NCBI GenBank assembly: GCA_020184695.1
Contig: JAANOX010000096.1
Location: 62,001 to 126,000, forward strand
Direction: 5' to 3'
Source of the DNA: Histomonas meleagridis 2922-C6/04-290x
Lineage: Eukaryota; Protista; Parabasalia
Length of the DNA: 64,000 nt
In this document: piece after piece, positions 43,074 to 54,507 of the stretch
Layout of the letters: every line of letters starts with the position of its first letter
Numbering within the stretch: position 1 is the first letter of the stretch
Translations under genes and position numbers: made by a program
Notes under the pieces: model-generated
Seen by the model: the letters and a program-made list of their open reading frames with translations, nothing else
The model's database searches: none
What the model was told of the DNA's origin: nothing

Positions 43074-45620
43074 TTAATTCATATTTGGAGAAGCATGGAT
43101 AGTCTGTGCAATGAATGCTTTTACATCTTCATTAATCTGTTGAAATCTTGGATCTGACATCATTATTTCCAAAATTCTTTCCTTTGTAATTAATTGATCG
43201 AAAGGCATTATATAATCCCTTTCTATTTGATCCTCATCTTCTTCGTTATGGAAAATCATACAAAACAATTGTACAGCTGCATTATATGCATCATTGTTTG
43301 GGTATTTTGCAAGGGTTAGTAAACCATTGACAGCCCAAAACGAAAACTTTGGTACATTTGAAGCCGAAATTTTTTCGATTCCTTTGCACCAATTCATAAA
43401 AACAGTATCATTCATCATTTTTATTGTTTGTTCTTCATTAACAATCAATGAAGAAGTTAATAATGCAACAGATGCAATTAAAACTCCTGCTTTTATTTTA
43501 TTTTGTGATAATATTATTATTGATCTTGAAGCTAAACTTGAAAAATTAGCTCCACCACATTGTACAAGACAAGTTAAAATTAAAATAGTCGAAGTAATAA
43601 CAGAAGGCACATCACAATTATTTAGAACCATATCACATATTTCAATTATTTCATTTTGTGTATTACTCTCAAAGAAGTTATTTCTTCTTATTAAAGAAGT
43701 AAAAATTTCTCCGATTGAACCCATATCAAAGAAATGTTTTACTTTGATCAAATATGATTTGATAAAAGGAATCAGAGAAAAAATAATTAAAGGTGGATTA
43801 TCTAATTGTTCAGATATTGAAGTACAAATATCAATTAATTGTTCGAATGAATTAGATTTATAATATTTCATAATCGAATTCATGCAAAACGTTAAAATTG
43901 GTTCACAAATCGATAAAATTATTTCACTATTCTTAGGAAGTTCATCAATAATTCTTGAAACAGAAAGTAACAATGAATTTGATTCACTACAATGTTTGTC
44001 ATATAAAACGGATTTCTCCCAAAGATTAAAAACATTAGTAATTAATTCATTTGCAATTCCATAAAATTCATTTGATATCGAAATTAAGAGTTCAAGCATT
44101 TCACCTATTTTTTTGTTTTGTATTTTTGTTGCTAAATTTATTAAAGAAATATAAACTTGTACTAAAGGTTCAGTTATAGTCATAGACTTTGGATCCATTG
44201 AACTTAAAAATAAATCAACTGCTGCAATTTGTACAACAGGAATATCACAATTCTTAATGAAAAACAACGCAATTTGTACACATTCGAAATGTGAATATGT
44301 ATTCATTACTGATAATAATGATAATAATGATGCAACTATAAAAGGTGGAGGTTGCATATTTAGAAAGTTTTGAACTTCTTGAAAGAAATCAATTGGAATT
44401 TTATGATGTGAATATGAACATGTAAGTAAAAAAATTTTGGCCTCGAAATCAATCACATTTGAAATAGTTAAATGTGAAATTAGAAATTGAACAAGTGATG
44501 GAACAAATTCATATGGAGTTTTTTTAATGATTTTCGATATGATAAATCGTGGAACATCTTTTGGTGTATCTATATCTAATAGTAAACAAAACGCTATATA
44601 TTGTTCAGGTATTTCAGAAAATGCTTGAAGATCTTCGGGTTTTAAATAAGTCTTTGGTATTATGATAGATGAAAAAAAGTTATCCGAAAAAATTGTATTG
44701 ATTTGGATTTTCCTTTCAATACAATTGGAAATGATTTCAAGACATGAATTACATAATGAAAAATTATCAAATTGAAGTAGACAATTCGTAGTTGTTTGTA
44801 ATAAAAATGGTGAAAATTGTTCAATAAATCCATATGAAAAAGGTTTTTTGTTTGGTGATATAGCACTTAAATTAGAATATTTTAATATCCAAAAGTGAAT
44901 ATTATATAAAATAGATGATTTTTGTTGAAATACATTGTTATTATTAGATGGAAAAGAAAGTGACGTAACAATTAATTTCATAAAATTTGATGAACATGGA
45001 ATTGTATATGTAATATCAAGTGTTCTATCTAAAATTGTAAAAATATCGGCTGAGTCAGAAAATATTGAATAAAAATTTTCTATTTGAAGTGAATCTTGAG
45101 TAATTAATATTTGTAAAATTGTATTTAAAATTGGAATAACAGATATAGCAAAATCAGTTAAATATTGCTTACTCGTATGGATATAATATACCCATAAATC
45201 AATTATTTTAGTTGCTGTTAAAATATCGACAGGATTATTATGTTCTTTTAAAATTTCACAACAATACGAAATTTTGTCAGAAAAATTACATACACCTGAC
45301 ATAAAAAAGAATTTTATACATTCTATTAAATGATATCGAATTTCAAGTGGTAATTTAAATACTAGATTAAATAATTGAAATTCTAAATATTGTATTTGTT
45401 CTTGAGAAAGCAGCACCTTTTTTAACATTTTCAATTTAACAAACTTATAAATAATTATTGATAATAATTTTGCTAATTCAATATTTTCTGTCGTTGCAAG
45501 TGTTTCCCCTAAAAAAACGATATAAGATGGATTTTCAAACTCATTTATTATCTTAGTTGTAGCCTCTTGCCGTAGATTTTCATTTGGTGATAAAATTTGG
45601 GAAATAAGCTGAAGGTCCAT
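43074..45620 (-). CDS. HEAT-repeat, importin-beta-like protein
   Basis: N-terminal ILSPNENLRQEATTKI resembles importin-beta N-terminus; helical throughout; acidic C-terminal patch. Confidence 0.55.
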   Translation of the reverse strand: MDLQLISQILSPNENLRQEATTKIINEFENPSYIVFLGETLATTENIELAKLLSIIIYKFVKLKMLKKVLLSQEQIQYLEFQLFNLVFKLPLEIRYHLIECIKFFFMSGVCNFSDKISYCCEILKEHNNPVDILTATKIIDLWVYYIHTSKQYLTDFAISVIPILNTILQILITQDSLQIENFYSIFSDSADIFTILDRTLDITYTIPCSSNFMKLIVTSLSFPSNNNNVFQQKSSILYNIHFWILKYSNLSAISPNKKPFSYGFIEQFSPFLLQTTTNCLLQFDNFSLCNSCLEIISNCIERKIQINTIFSDNFFSSIIIPKTYLKPEDLQAFSEIPEQYIAFCLLLDIDTPKDVPRFIISKIIKKTPYEFVPSLVQFLISHLTISNVIDFEAKIFLLTCSYSHHKIPIDFFQEVQNFLNMQPPPFIVASLLSLLSVMNTYSHFECVQIALFFIKNCDIPVVQIAAVDLFLSSMDPKSMTITEPLVQVYISLINLATKIQNKKIGEMLELLISISNEFYGIANELITNVFNLWEKSVLYDKHCSESNSLLLSVSRIIDELPKNSEIILSICEPILTFCMNSIMKYYKSNSFEQLIDICTSISEQLDNPPLIIFSLIPFIKSYLIKVKHFFDMGSIGEIFTSLIRRNNFFESNTQNEIIEICDMVLNNCDVPSVITSTILILTCLVQCGGANFSSLASRSIIILSQNKIKAGVLIASVALLTSSLIVNEEQTIKMMNDTVFMNWCKGIEKISASNVPKFSFWAVNGLLTLAKYPNNDAYNAAVQLFCMIFHNEEDEDQIERDYIMPFDQLITKERILEIMMSDPRFQQINEDVKAFIAQTIHASPNMN

Positions 45621-45741
45621 TTTTTAAACGGCCTCAAAAGCGAATAAAGTCCCTCAAAATCACCGACCAACTTCAACTTTAACGTTCTTTAGAAAGTTGG
45701 TTGGAAATCAAACAAAGTTCTCAAATAAGCATAAGAACAAA

Positions 45742-46848
45742 ATGGAACAGTTAGTGAACGTAAATCCACAACTATTTACAGCGCCAGCCGAAGAAATCAA
45801 ATCTTACATCAATACAAAGCGTTGGTATGAATTAGGTTTAGAACTTTTGAAACTTTTTTCAAATGAAGCAACACTCGGATATAGAATGGGAGTTTTCGAA
45901 GAAATAGTCAAAGATTGCTCGCTCTTTTTAGATCCATTCCATTATGCTAATTTAGCCTTACTTGTTTCAGACGAAATTCAAGATTTTTCACATGGAATTG
46001 ATTTCCTTAATCAAGTTTTAGACAACAAAAGACTTGATCAATACCCTGAGCCAAGGGATTTAATTATTCTTCGAATAATTGAGCTTCATACCAAAAATTC
46101 TAATTTTGAAAGTGCACTTCAATTACTTAACGAAGTTGAAAAACGAATCGGTGAATCTACAGCATTAGTTGTTCGCTCATCATTCCACAAAACACAAGCT
46201 AATTTAGACAAAGCCCGTGGAGATTTTGATGCTTTTTATGAACATGCATTTTTATATTTATCCACATCCAAATCCACTAATGATCCCATACTTGCCTATG
46301 ACATGTGTGTAGCAGCTTTATTTTCATCCAACATTTGTTCATTTGGCGAACTTGCATCACATCCTATCTTAAACTCCTTAAAGGGTGGTGAAAACCAATG
46401 GCTCTATGACCTTATCATGCTTCTCGATAGAGGAGATTCATCTATTATACCAGAGTTTGAGGAAAAGTTTGCTCCCATAATTAGCCAGACGGAACCGTTT
46501 AGTGGCTATTTGACAACTATACAACAAAAACTGGCATTAGCGGTTTTCCTTCAAATTATATTCAAGCAACCGTTTGACTCACGTGTTTTCACTTTCGATG
46601 AGATCACTGAAGGATGTCATTTGAGGAAGGATCAGGTAGAGCTACTTGTGATGAAGGCCCTTTCCTCTGAGATAATAAAAGGCGTTATAGATGAGGTCGA
46701 AGAAAAGATTACAGTTACATGGTGCAAACCAAAGGCACTTAGTAAAGAAAGATTGGAACACTTGAAGAAGGAAATCGACAAATGGATTAACATTGTTCAT
46801 AAGCAAAGGTTAGCCCTAGAATCGAGGGCTCAACCTGTAATTGGGTAA
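45742..46848 (+). CDS. RPN9: 26S proteasome lid subunit Rpn9/PSMD13 (PCI domain)
   Basis: SFGELASHPILNSLKG..WLYDLI and VELLVMKALSSEIIKGVIDEVEEKITVTWCKPKAL match Rpn9; ATG 45742. Confidence 0.9.
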   Translation: MEQLVNVNPQLFTAPAEEIKSYINTKRWYELGLELLKLFSNEATLGYRMGVFEEIVKDCSLFLDPFHYANLALLVSDEIQDFSHGIDFLNQVLDNKRLDQYPEPRDLIILRIIELHTKNSNFESALQLLNEVEKRIGESTALVVRSSFHKTQANLDKARGDFDAFYEHAFLYLSTSKSTNDPILAYDMCVAALFSSNICSFGELASHPILNSLKGGENQWLYDLIMLLDRGDSSIIPEFEEKFAPIISQTEPFSGYLTTIQQKLALAVFLQIIFKQPFDSRVFTFDEITEGCHLRKDQVELLVMKALSSEIIKGVIDEVEEKITVTWCKPKALSKERLEHLKKEIDKWINIVHKQRLALESRAQPVIG

Positions 46849-47006
46849 ACGTCATTTCATCTTATTTTTGTTATTTGCTAAGAAATACATCAGAATCTAT
46901 GTGCAGAGCGGAATGAACTGTGGAATCAAGTAAAATTATTTTTTCTTTATTTGACAAATTGCATGAAGATATTTATGTCAATTTTTTAACAGCACTGTCA
47001 ATTCTT

Positions 47007-47648
47007 ATGGATGAAGTAATTATTAGAACAGAAAAAAAAGAAGATTATGAAAAAACTGAAAATGTTACAAGAGAAGCATTTTGGAACGTATATTGCCCAG
47101 GATGTACCGAACATTATATGATTCATATAATGAGGGAAAATCCAATGTTTATTCCAGATTTAGATTTTGTTGCTGTTATTAATGACGAAATTGTTGGGAA
47201 TGTAATGTGTACACAAGGGCATATTATAACTGATCATGGACAAATAAATGTTGTCTCTTTGGGTCCAATTTCAGTTATTCCTTCCTGCCAAAGAAAAGGT
47301 ATTGGTGGACTTTTAATTAAAAGCGTTCAGAAAGCAGCTACCGCTATGGGGTTTCCAGCCATTCTTTTATGTGGTGATCCAAATTATTATTCACGCCATG
47401 GATTTTTGCAAGCAGCAAAATTTGGTATTCGCACGGAGAATGGAAAGTATGCAGCGGCTCTTCATGTGTTGCAGCTGAAAGAAGGATTTTTAAATGAAGC
47501 TTCTGGAAGATATATTGAGCCTCAGGTATACCAAATCGACGAAAAGGATGCTGAAGCTTTTGATAAAAACTTCCCAAGAAAAGAAAAGCTAGAAGGAACA
47601 GCATCGCAAGGGAGATTTAATGAAATCCAATCAATGACATGGGATTAG
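47007..47648 (+). CDS. GNAT N-acetyltransferase (YhbS-like), bacterial-type
   Basis: IRTEKKEDY..TREAFWNVYCPGCTEHY, LGPISVIPSCQRKGIGGLLI (motif A), LCGDPNYYSRHGF; ATG 47007 preferred. Confidence 0.88.
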   Translation: MDEVIIRTEKKEDYEKTENVTREAFWNVYCPGCTEHYMIHIMRENPMFIPDLDFVAVINDEIVGNVMCTQGHIITDHGQINVVSLGPISVIPSCQRKGIGGLLIKSVQKAATAMGFPAILLCGDPNYYSRHGFLQAAKFGIRTENGKYAAALHVLQLKEGFLNEASGRYIEPQVYQIDEKDAEAFDKNFPRKEKLEGTASQGRFNEIQSMTWD

Positions 47649-48200
47649 GAACCACAAATTATTTAAAGTAAAATATATCTAAAAGAAACTTTTAAATGAA
47701 TAATAAAAATATTTATTGAGAAAATATATTATCTAAATTATGTGATGTTAAATTATTTTCATGAAAATTATTTTAAGATTAGAATTTTTTGAGTGAATTT
47801 TTTTACCAATTGTTCAGAAAACAAATGATTATAGGAACACTCATTCAAAAATGTTTGTTATTAGATTTATATAACAAAAATATAAACTTTTTTACTACTT
47901 TTTAAGCTATTAAGAATTTATCTTTTGTTACATCTTCTATCAATTTAATAATTTCAAAATTATTATGATTCATTATAATAAAAATTGTTTTATATATATA
48001 TATATATATCATCGCCAGTATCAATAAACATCAATAGCTTAAATATTAGCTTAATTTCTAGCAATTAACCACATTTTAATGAACCAAAAATATGTAAAAC
48101 AAGAAGAATTTTTGAAAAAAAATGAACATCTTGTCTACTCTATGTAGAGTGAATATTTTTAAAATAATATACTTTATATGAAAAACAAGTCAAACATTTA

Positions 48201-51200
48201 TTATACATTAAATATTGAGAATTTGGGATATTTTCCCAAACGTTCCACAGAAACCTTCTTTGCCTTATGATTTTTTGCCGGTGAGCTGCTACTAATAGAT
48301 GAAGGTGCATTTTTGTTGATGAACAAGCTACCTGAAAGCTTCATCAACTTGCAACAACAAATTATTACCGCCATTGTTGAATTCCAACTTGGTTGAACAT
48401 TTTCTTTATGTTTCATTAAATCCTTATCAAATTTTAACAAAAGGTTTTTTTGTTGTCTTAAAGAAATTAATCTTAAAAGTACTTTTTTATTTGATGTTGA
48501 TGAAAGAATTGCTTCTTCCAAAGAAAGTCGAAGTTGATTTGATGAATAAGTTGTACAACTTACATCTAATAACACATTATGTAATTTTCTTCCCCAATTT
48601 TCCCATTGATTTAAAGAATAAATTTTTCCTTCTGCTTTTCTTATTTCTTTGTATAAATCTTGTATTTGTTTTGTAGTTTCTTCATAATTATTTTTGTATT
48701 TTTTAATAGATTTTTTTAATTGCTTATAATCTAATAACAATTTATTTATTGGCTCAAATATTTCATCTGATTCATCTAATTTTAGAAGTTTTTGAACTTT
48801 TAATAAATCAGTAACAGTATTTTCATATATTTCTTGTGTATGTGATTTTTTATTCAGTTCATCAGTTAAATTATTTAAGAATATTTTAATATTTAAAGGA
48901 GATAAATCAATATAAGAAAGTTGCATCCTTAAATTCATATTTGCATTATCTATAAACTCATTTATTAATTTAGTTTCTTCTTCATTATTATAATTTATTT
49001 TGTCTTGATATTGAGATTCAATTGATTTTAACTTTGTTGCATATTGCATAATAATTGTTTGTTTTTGACCTTCAAATTTATCTTCTTGAGATTTAAGTTT
49101 TAATTCTGTTGATTTTTTAGATATATTAAGATTATGAAGCTTTAATGTTAATTCTTCAATTGTTGCTTGCATTGATCTTTTCTCATTTTTGAAGTTTTCA
49201 TTTTCTTGTTGTGTTATTTCAAATTTAGCTTGCATTTGATGTATTTCACGTTCATATTGTTCACGTAAAGCTTTTGATTTTTCTCTAAGTGATTCGATTG
49301 ATTTCAAATTAATATTTTCAAGAAGTTCGATTCTATTTTTATGTTCTTTTTTCTCTTTTCTTAAATTTTCTATTATATTTGTTGCTTTTTCAATATTTTT
49401 TTCAAGTTCTTGGCATTTATTTTTTGTTGATTGTAATTGAGAAAGCTGATTTTCATAATTCTCTTTATATTGTTGAATAGAAGAATCAAATATTTCCTTT
49501 TGTTGCTTTAATTCATTAGTTGTATTTTCAAGTTGTGTTTTTGTATCTTGAATTAAATTTTGTAATTCTTCATTATGTTTATTTTTATCTTCTAAATCAT
49601 TTGTAAGTTGATTAATTTTTGTATTTAGATCATTTATTGTTTGTTGATAGGCTTGGGCTGAATTTGATATTGCTTCTTCTGTTTTTTCTAATTGATAATT
49701 TAATTCATCTGTCATTTTCTCTTTTTCTGTAACAATTTCGTTTAATTGTTTTTGTAAATGTTTTGCTTCTGGATGTTGGATATTATTTTGTTCAATATTT
49801 TCCATTAATTTCTTAGCAAAAGATAAAATATTTGTATCATCATTAATATTAAAATATTTTGATAGAATTCGTATTGCTTTATTTTGTTGATGTTGTAAAT
49901 GTTTAATAATTTTCTTCATTGATTTGATTGTATCAATGTTTTGTTCTTCATCAAGATTTTTTTGCTTTATTTCTCTTATGATATAATCATATTTTGTCCT
50001 TAGTTCAATTGCATGATTTTGTAAAATATCATTTATAAATGCTTGTGCAGAAAAAATGTAAAAAAGCTCATAAAAATCTTGTGATTCATTTGATTCCATT
50101 CTTTTAAGAAATTCATTTAATTTCTTTTCAAGTTTATTCGCTGACATTAAATCAAATATTTCAGTTGGATCGATTTTTTCGAATTGTTCAAAAGCATTTG
50201 AAATTTCATTAATATTTAATTCTGGAATTGTTTCTTCAATATAATTACTGACTCTAATACAATGTTGTATTAATTCATTTTTAGTATCTTTATCCATTTG
50301 TATTGTAGTCGCTGTTTCTGGTCTATAAAATATACAACTTTGAAGATCATTACTATGTGCAATTGATTGCAAAAATTTAATTTCTTCGGAATACATTGAT
50401 AAAATTCGAAGACATTTAGTTTGAATTTCAGATAATTTTTCATTAAGATTTTCTTTTTCTGTAATTAAATCTTTCTTTTCTTGTTCATATTGATTCAATG
50501 AATCACATATAAATGTTATTATTTTATTGATTCTTTCTAAAAATGTTATATTTGAATCATTTATAATTTTTTCTATTGATGAACTAAATTTAGAATAAAG
50601 ATTATTACAAATTTTTACGATTGATATTAATGCAATAGGAATATCAGATTCTGTTGTAATGTTTCCTTGGTTTTTGTTTTGTCTTTTAAGATTTTTGTGA
50701 CTTTCTAAAAAGTTTGATAATTGACTTTCATACGTTTGAATTACAAGATTTTGTTTGTTAATGATGTTAACTAATTCATTTCTTTGATCCATAAGTTTGG
50801 AAGAATCTTCGATTTGAGATTGTAATAAATCACTAAGACTGGTTAGGGAATCATTAAGTGCTTTTCTTGAATCAGATAAATTATTTTGTTGCTTTTTCAA
50901 ATCGCTTATTTCTTGATGCGCTGTTGTTAGCCTCTTTTCCATGCTTAATAAAGCTTCTTGATTTCTTTGTTTTTCAATTGAAAGTTGATCAATAGAATTT
51001 TGTAATGAGCTATTAATTGATTCACTTTTTTGAAGTTGTGCAATTAAATTGTGATTTTTTTTCTTTAGGTTACTTATTTTGACTTTGAGTTTATTATTTT
51101 CTTCATTGGGATCAGAAACCTGATTTTTTTTTGCGAATTGCGCTTGTGACAAAACGTCTACTATTTCTAGTACATCCTTTAAAGAATCTGTTGAAACGCC

Positions 51201-51356
51201 AACAATTTCATTAAATTTTTGAATAAATTTTTCAATTTCTTCAGGACGAGAATCTTTAATTTCATTGTCACTGAATTGTTCCCCATCTGTTTGCATATTA
51301 AAATCTGATGATCTCACTTGAGATGTAGAGGAAAAGTCGGATGGAGATTCATCCAT
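48201..51356 (-). CDS. Large coiled-coil protein of unknown function
   Basis: ~1050-aa ORF rich in E/K/Q/N/L heptads; first ATG at 51356 (MDESPS). Confidence 0.75.
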   Translation of the reverse strand: MDESPSDFSSTSQVRSSDFNMQTDGEQFSDNEIKDSRPEEIEKFIQKFNEIVGVSTDSLKDVLEIVDVLSQAQFAKKNQVSDPNEENNKLKVKISNLKKKNHNLIAQLQKSESINSSLQNSIDQLSIEKQRNQEALLSMEKRLTTAHQEISDLKKQQNNLSDSRKALNDSLTSLSDLLQSQIEDSSKLMDQRNELVNIINKQNLVIQTYESQLSNFLESHKNLKRQNKNQGNITTESDIPIALISIVKICNNLYSKFSSSIEKIINDSNITFLERINKIITFICDSLNQYEQEKKDLITEKENLNEKLSEIQTKCLRILSMYSEEIKFLQSIAHSNDLQSCIFYRPETATTIQMDKDTKNELIQHCIRVSNYIEETIPELNINEISNAFEQFEKIDPTEIFDLMSANKLEKKLNEFLKRMESNESQDFYELFYIFSAQAFINDILQNHAIELRTKYDYIIREIKQKNLDEEQNIDTIKSMKKIIKHLQHQQNKAIRILSKYFNINDDTNILSFAKKLMENIEQNNIQHPEAKHLQKQLNEIVTEKEKMTDELNYQLEKTEEAISNSAQAYQQTINDLNTKINQLTNDLEDKNKHNEELQNLIQDTKTQLENTTNELKQQKEIFDSSIQQYKENYENQLSQLQSTKNKCQELEKNIEKATNIIENLRKEKKEHKNRIELLENINLKSIESLREKSKALREQYEREIHQMQAKFEITQQENENFKNEKRSMQATIEELTLKLHNLNISKKSTELKLKSQEDKFEGQKQTIIMQYATKLKSIESQYQDKINYNNEEETKLINEFIDNANMNLRMQLSYIDLSPLNIKIFLNNLTDELNKKSHTQEIYENTVTDLLKVQKLLKLDESDEIFEPINKLLLDYKQLKKSIKKYKNNYEETTKQIQDLYKEIRKAEGKIYSLNQWENWGRKLHNVLLDVSCTTYSSNQLRLSLEEAILSSTSNKKVLLRLISLRQQKNLLLKFDKDLMKHKENVQPSWNSTMAVIICCCKLMKLSGSLFINKNAPSSISSSSPAKNHKAKKVSVERLGKYPKFSIFNV

Positions 51357-51441
51357 TCTTTTTAACGTCTTTTCAGAAAAACGTTTTTTGGCGGTAAACA
51401 AGAACGTTTAAATTGCACTTTTTGGATAAAATATAAATGAG

Positions 51442-53502
51442 ATGGGAAGCAATCAAAGTACTCAAAACCAGAAAGGACTTCAAAAATTGAAACAACTTGA
51501 GGAAGTTATATTTAATTTAAATTCAAAGAATCTAAATGAATCAATTGTATCATCCTTTACCTATTTCGATCAAGAATATCCATATTCATTCTATCTCATT
51601 ATTTGTCGACTTTTATATTCATATTTTATTTCTAAAGGTTGTGGTGATATATGTTTAGAATATATTAAAAAGCTTGAAATAAAAGAAAAAGAAATATTTA
51701 ATAACAATTTCAGAATTGATAATAAAACAAACAATAAAGTAATCCGAATATTTGCAAAATTTCTCTTATCTATTGACACACAAGAATCGAATTATCTTCT
51801 TGAAAAAATGATAGAAGAACATTTGATTGATCCAAAAATTTATAAATTGATTTATAAACAAAAAAGGCCATATTTTGCTCATTTAATTTCAATCAAAGAA
51901 ATTTGGTGGTATAATCAATATAGTAAATTTTATAATAACTTTCATGCAAATTATGAAGAACTTTCAAAGAATAATTGGAAACTTCATAAGCAATTAATTA
52001 AAGAAGGACATAATCCAAATGAAATTGCAAAAATCATTCGAAAAGATGAAATCGAAAAACTTCAAGAAATATCATCACAAACAAATTTAGATTTTAATCA
52101 AAAAATTAGGCCATCACTTTATGAAAGATGTTCATTTATTAATGAAGAAAATGTTTCATTAATTGATTATGCAGCATTTTTTGGATCAGTTAAATGTTTT
52201 AAATATTTACTTATGAATAATGCTAATGTACATAACACAGGTAAATATGCAGTTGCAGGTGGAAATCTTGAAATTATTCATTTGTGTGAACAGAATCATT
52301 CATCATTTGAAAATGCATTTAAAACAGCAATTATGTTTCATCGAAATGATATCTTTAAATATCTTTATGACAATAATTTCGATAACTATTATTTGCCTCC
52401 ATTAGCATGGGAATGTGTTTCATTTGATAACTATAAAATTCTTTCATATATGGAAAGAAAAGAAGGGATGGAATTTGATGAATCTTTCATTAAAGATTCA
52501 CTAAAAACTGATAATTTGTTCCTTATACAATATCTTCTTGAAAAGAATCCAGTCACATTAAATATTTTCAACCCCAAATTATTTTCTAATTTTTGTAATA
52601 TTGAACTCTTTAAATATCTTAATAAAAATGGACATATAATATATAAAAATATAAATTAGTTTTATTTAATGTTTTTTATATTGATTGTATATTTTAATAT
52701 ATTAATTGGATTTTATTCAAATTGTTTAAAACATCACTTATGAATGCATCTGATATTGGAAATATTTCATTAGTTAAAATACTTTTAAAACAAAAAGATT
52801 TTAATATTAATGCTAAAGATTTTTTTATAATTTCATTTAAAATTTATTTTAACAATTTGATATTAATAAATAATATTTGGAAATATTTTAAATAATAATG
52901 GACAGCACTTATGTATGCATCACGATATTCTAACCCAAAAATAGTTAAATTGCTTCTTGAACAAGAAGGAATTGATATTAATGCTAAAAATATTTATTTA
53001 TTATGGCTAATGTTTATTATAAAATATTTAATGTTTTGAAATAATATTTGGAAATTATTGAAATTATTTGATACAGCACTTATGCTTGCTTCCGAGTATG
53101 GATTTATTAAAAGAGCTAAATTACTTTTAGATAAAGGAATTGATATTAATGTTAAAAACCTTTTTTTGTTGAATATAAAACTTATTATAATAACTTGATA
53201 TTTAAAAATAATAATTGGTAGTTATCTATATCATTTAAAACAGCTCTTAATCTAGCAACTGAAAATGGTCATAAGGAAATAGTTAAATTGCTTCTTGAAC
53301 AAAAAAGGATAAATACAAACATTCAAGATGTTAGTATAATAAAATCAATGCTTATATCTTTGATTTAATCTTTTAAAATATTATATGGAATTAATTAAAA
53401 TAATATAATACAGCATTTACATCTGATTCTAATGTAAAGAAAATTGTAAAAGTTACAGGGTTAGCATTTCTTGTATTTGCTATAGTCAAGAATATTAAAT
53501 GA
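51442..53502 (+). CDS. Locus C: DUF3447-like plus ankyrin-repeat protein interrupted by 20 inserts of 17-18 nt (reconstructed ~572 aa)
   Basis: ORF 51442..52659 stops inside the first insert. Insert removal gives KN-NYGK-TSL, KD-KDGW-TAL, KN-NNGD-TAL, KN-KDGK-TAL, QD-NNGN-TAF and a hydrophobic tail ending TGA 53500-53502. Confidence 0.8.
52651..53409 (+). other. Five insert/micro-exon blocks, locus C
   Basis: 52651-52730, 52821-52901 (81 nt), 52992-53072 (81 nt), 53160-53239, 53330-53409; the third retained codon is Gly in all five. Confidence 0.88.
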
Positions 53503-53829
53503 ACTATATATATATTTGTTAGAATCTTGTTGAAAAAAAGTACAAAATTTGTTTTAAATTTAGGATTTAATCATCATCAAACCAAAATCATTGCTCACAT
53601 ACAATTGTTTTGTTATATTTTTGGCTTAACAATTTTTTATATTTTAAAACAGAAAATTTTAATTAATAAAAAACCTTTTTTTTTTTCTTAAAGATTCAAG
53701 TAATATCGCATAGTATTTTACTACAAATATAAGAATTGTTAAAATATTTAAAATTAAATAAGAAAAATATATAAATTTCTTATTAAATAAGAAAAATATA
53801 TAAATTATTTTGATGATAAAATCGATAAT

Positions 53830-54453
53830 TTAATAAACTTCGCATCCTCCCTTTTTGCTCTTTGATTTCTTCTTATGATGCTTTTTTAGTGAAGGAGGAA
53901 CATTTTCGCTTGCTGACTTCCCTCCGACTTCTCCGCATTCTGAAATGATGATGTTGGCGGTTGTCGCTCCTTTTCCTTCTGTTCCATACTTTTCAATATC
54001 TCGAATTACTTCCATACCCTCAACAACACGTCCGAAAACGACATGCTTTCCATCCAAATGTGGCTTTGGTGAATATGTAATGAAAAATTGTGATCGATTT
54101 TTGTTTGGTCCAGAATTGGCCATTGAAAGTACTCCTTCTCCATCGTGTTTCAATGTGAAATTTTCATCATCAAAGAATTGAGGTCCATAAATGGATTCAC
54201 CGCCAGTTCCATTTCCATTAACAAAATCACCTCCTTGTGCAACAAAACCAGGGATAATTCTATGAATTTTACATCCTTTATAGCACAGCCATTTCCCACA
54301 ATTACCAATGCCTTTTTCTCCAGTGCAAAGACATCTAAAATTTTCAGCTGTCTTCGGCACAACATCCGCCCTTAACTCCATAATAACTTTTCCAACATCT
54401 TTCCCATTGACACTGATTTCAAAATAAACTTTCGGATTTTCCTTTGTTTCCAT
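53830..54453 (-). CDS. Cyclophilin-type peptidyl-prolyl isomerase with polybasic/CaaX-like tail
   Basis: [43 protein letters not shown]; Inr TCACTT at 54463-54468 on the minus strand. Confidence 0.95.
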   Translation of the reverse strand: METKENPKVYFEISVNGKDVGKVIMELRADVVPKTAENFRCLCTGEKGIGNCGKWLCYKGCKIHRIIPGFVAQGGDFVNGNGTGGESIYGPQFFDDENFTLKHDGEGVLSMANSGPNKNRSQFFITYSPKPHLDGKHVVFGRVVEGMEVIRDIEKYGTEGKGATTANIIISECGEVGGKSASENVPPSLKKHHKKKSKSKKGGCEVY

Positions 54454-54507
54454 TTTTCAAAAAAGTGACAAAATAACGATATTTCGAAAAAAGAAACAGA
54501 ACCAAAA

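Noticed and set aside
46968-46998. Insert-like stretch gat-atttatgtcaatttttt-aacagcact upstream of the GNAT gene
   Set aside because: Spacing is 18 nt with no 20-nt lattice, no Gly triplet and no ankyrin context; likely chance.
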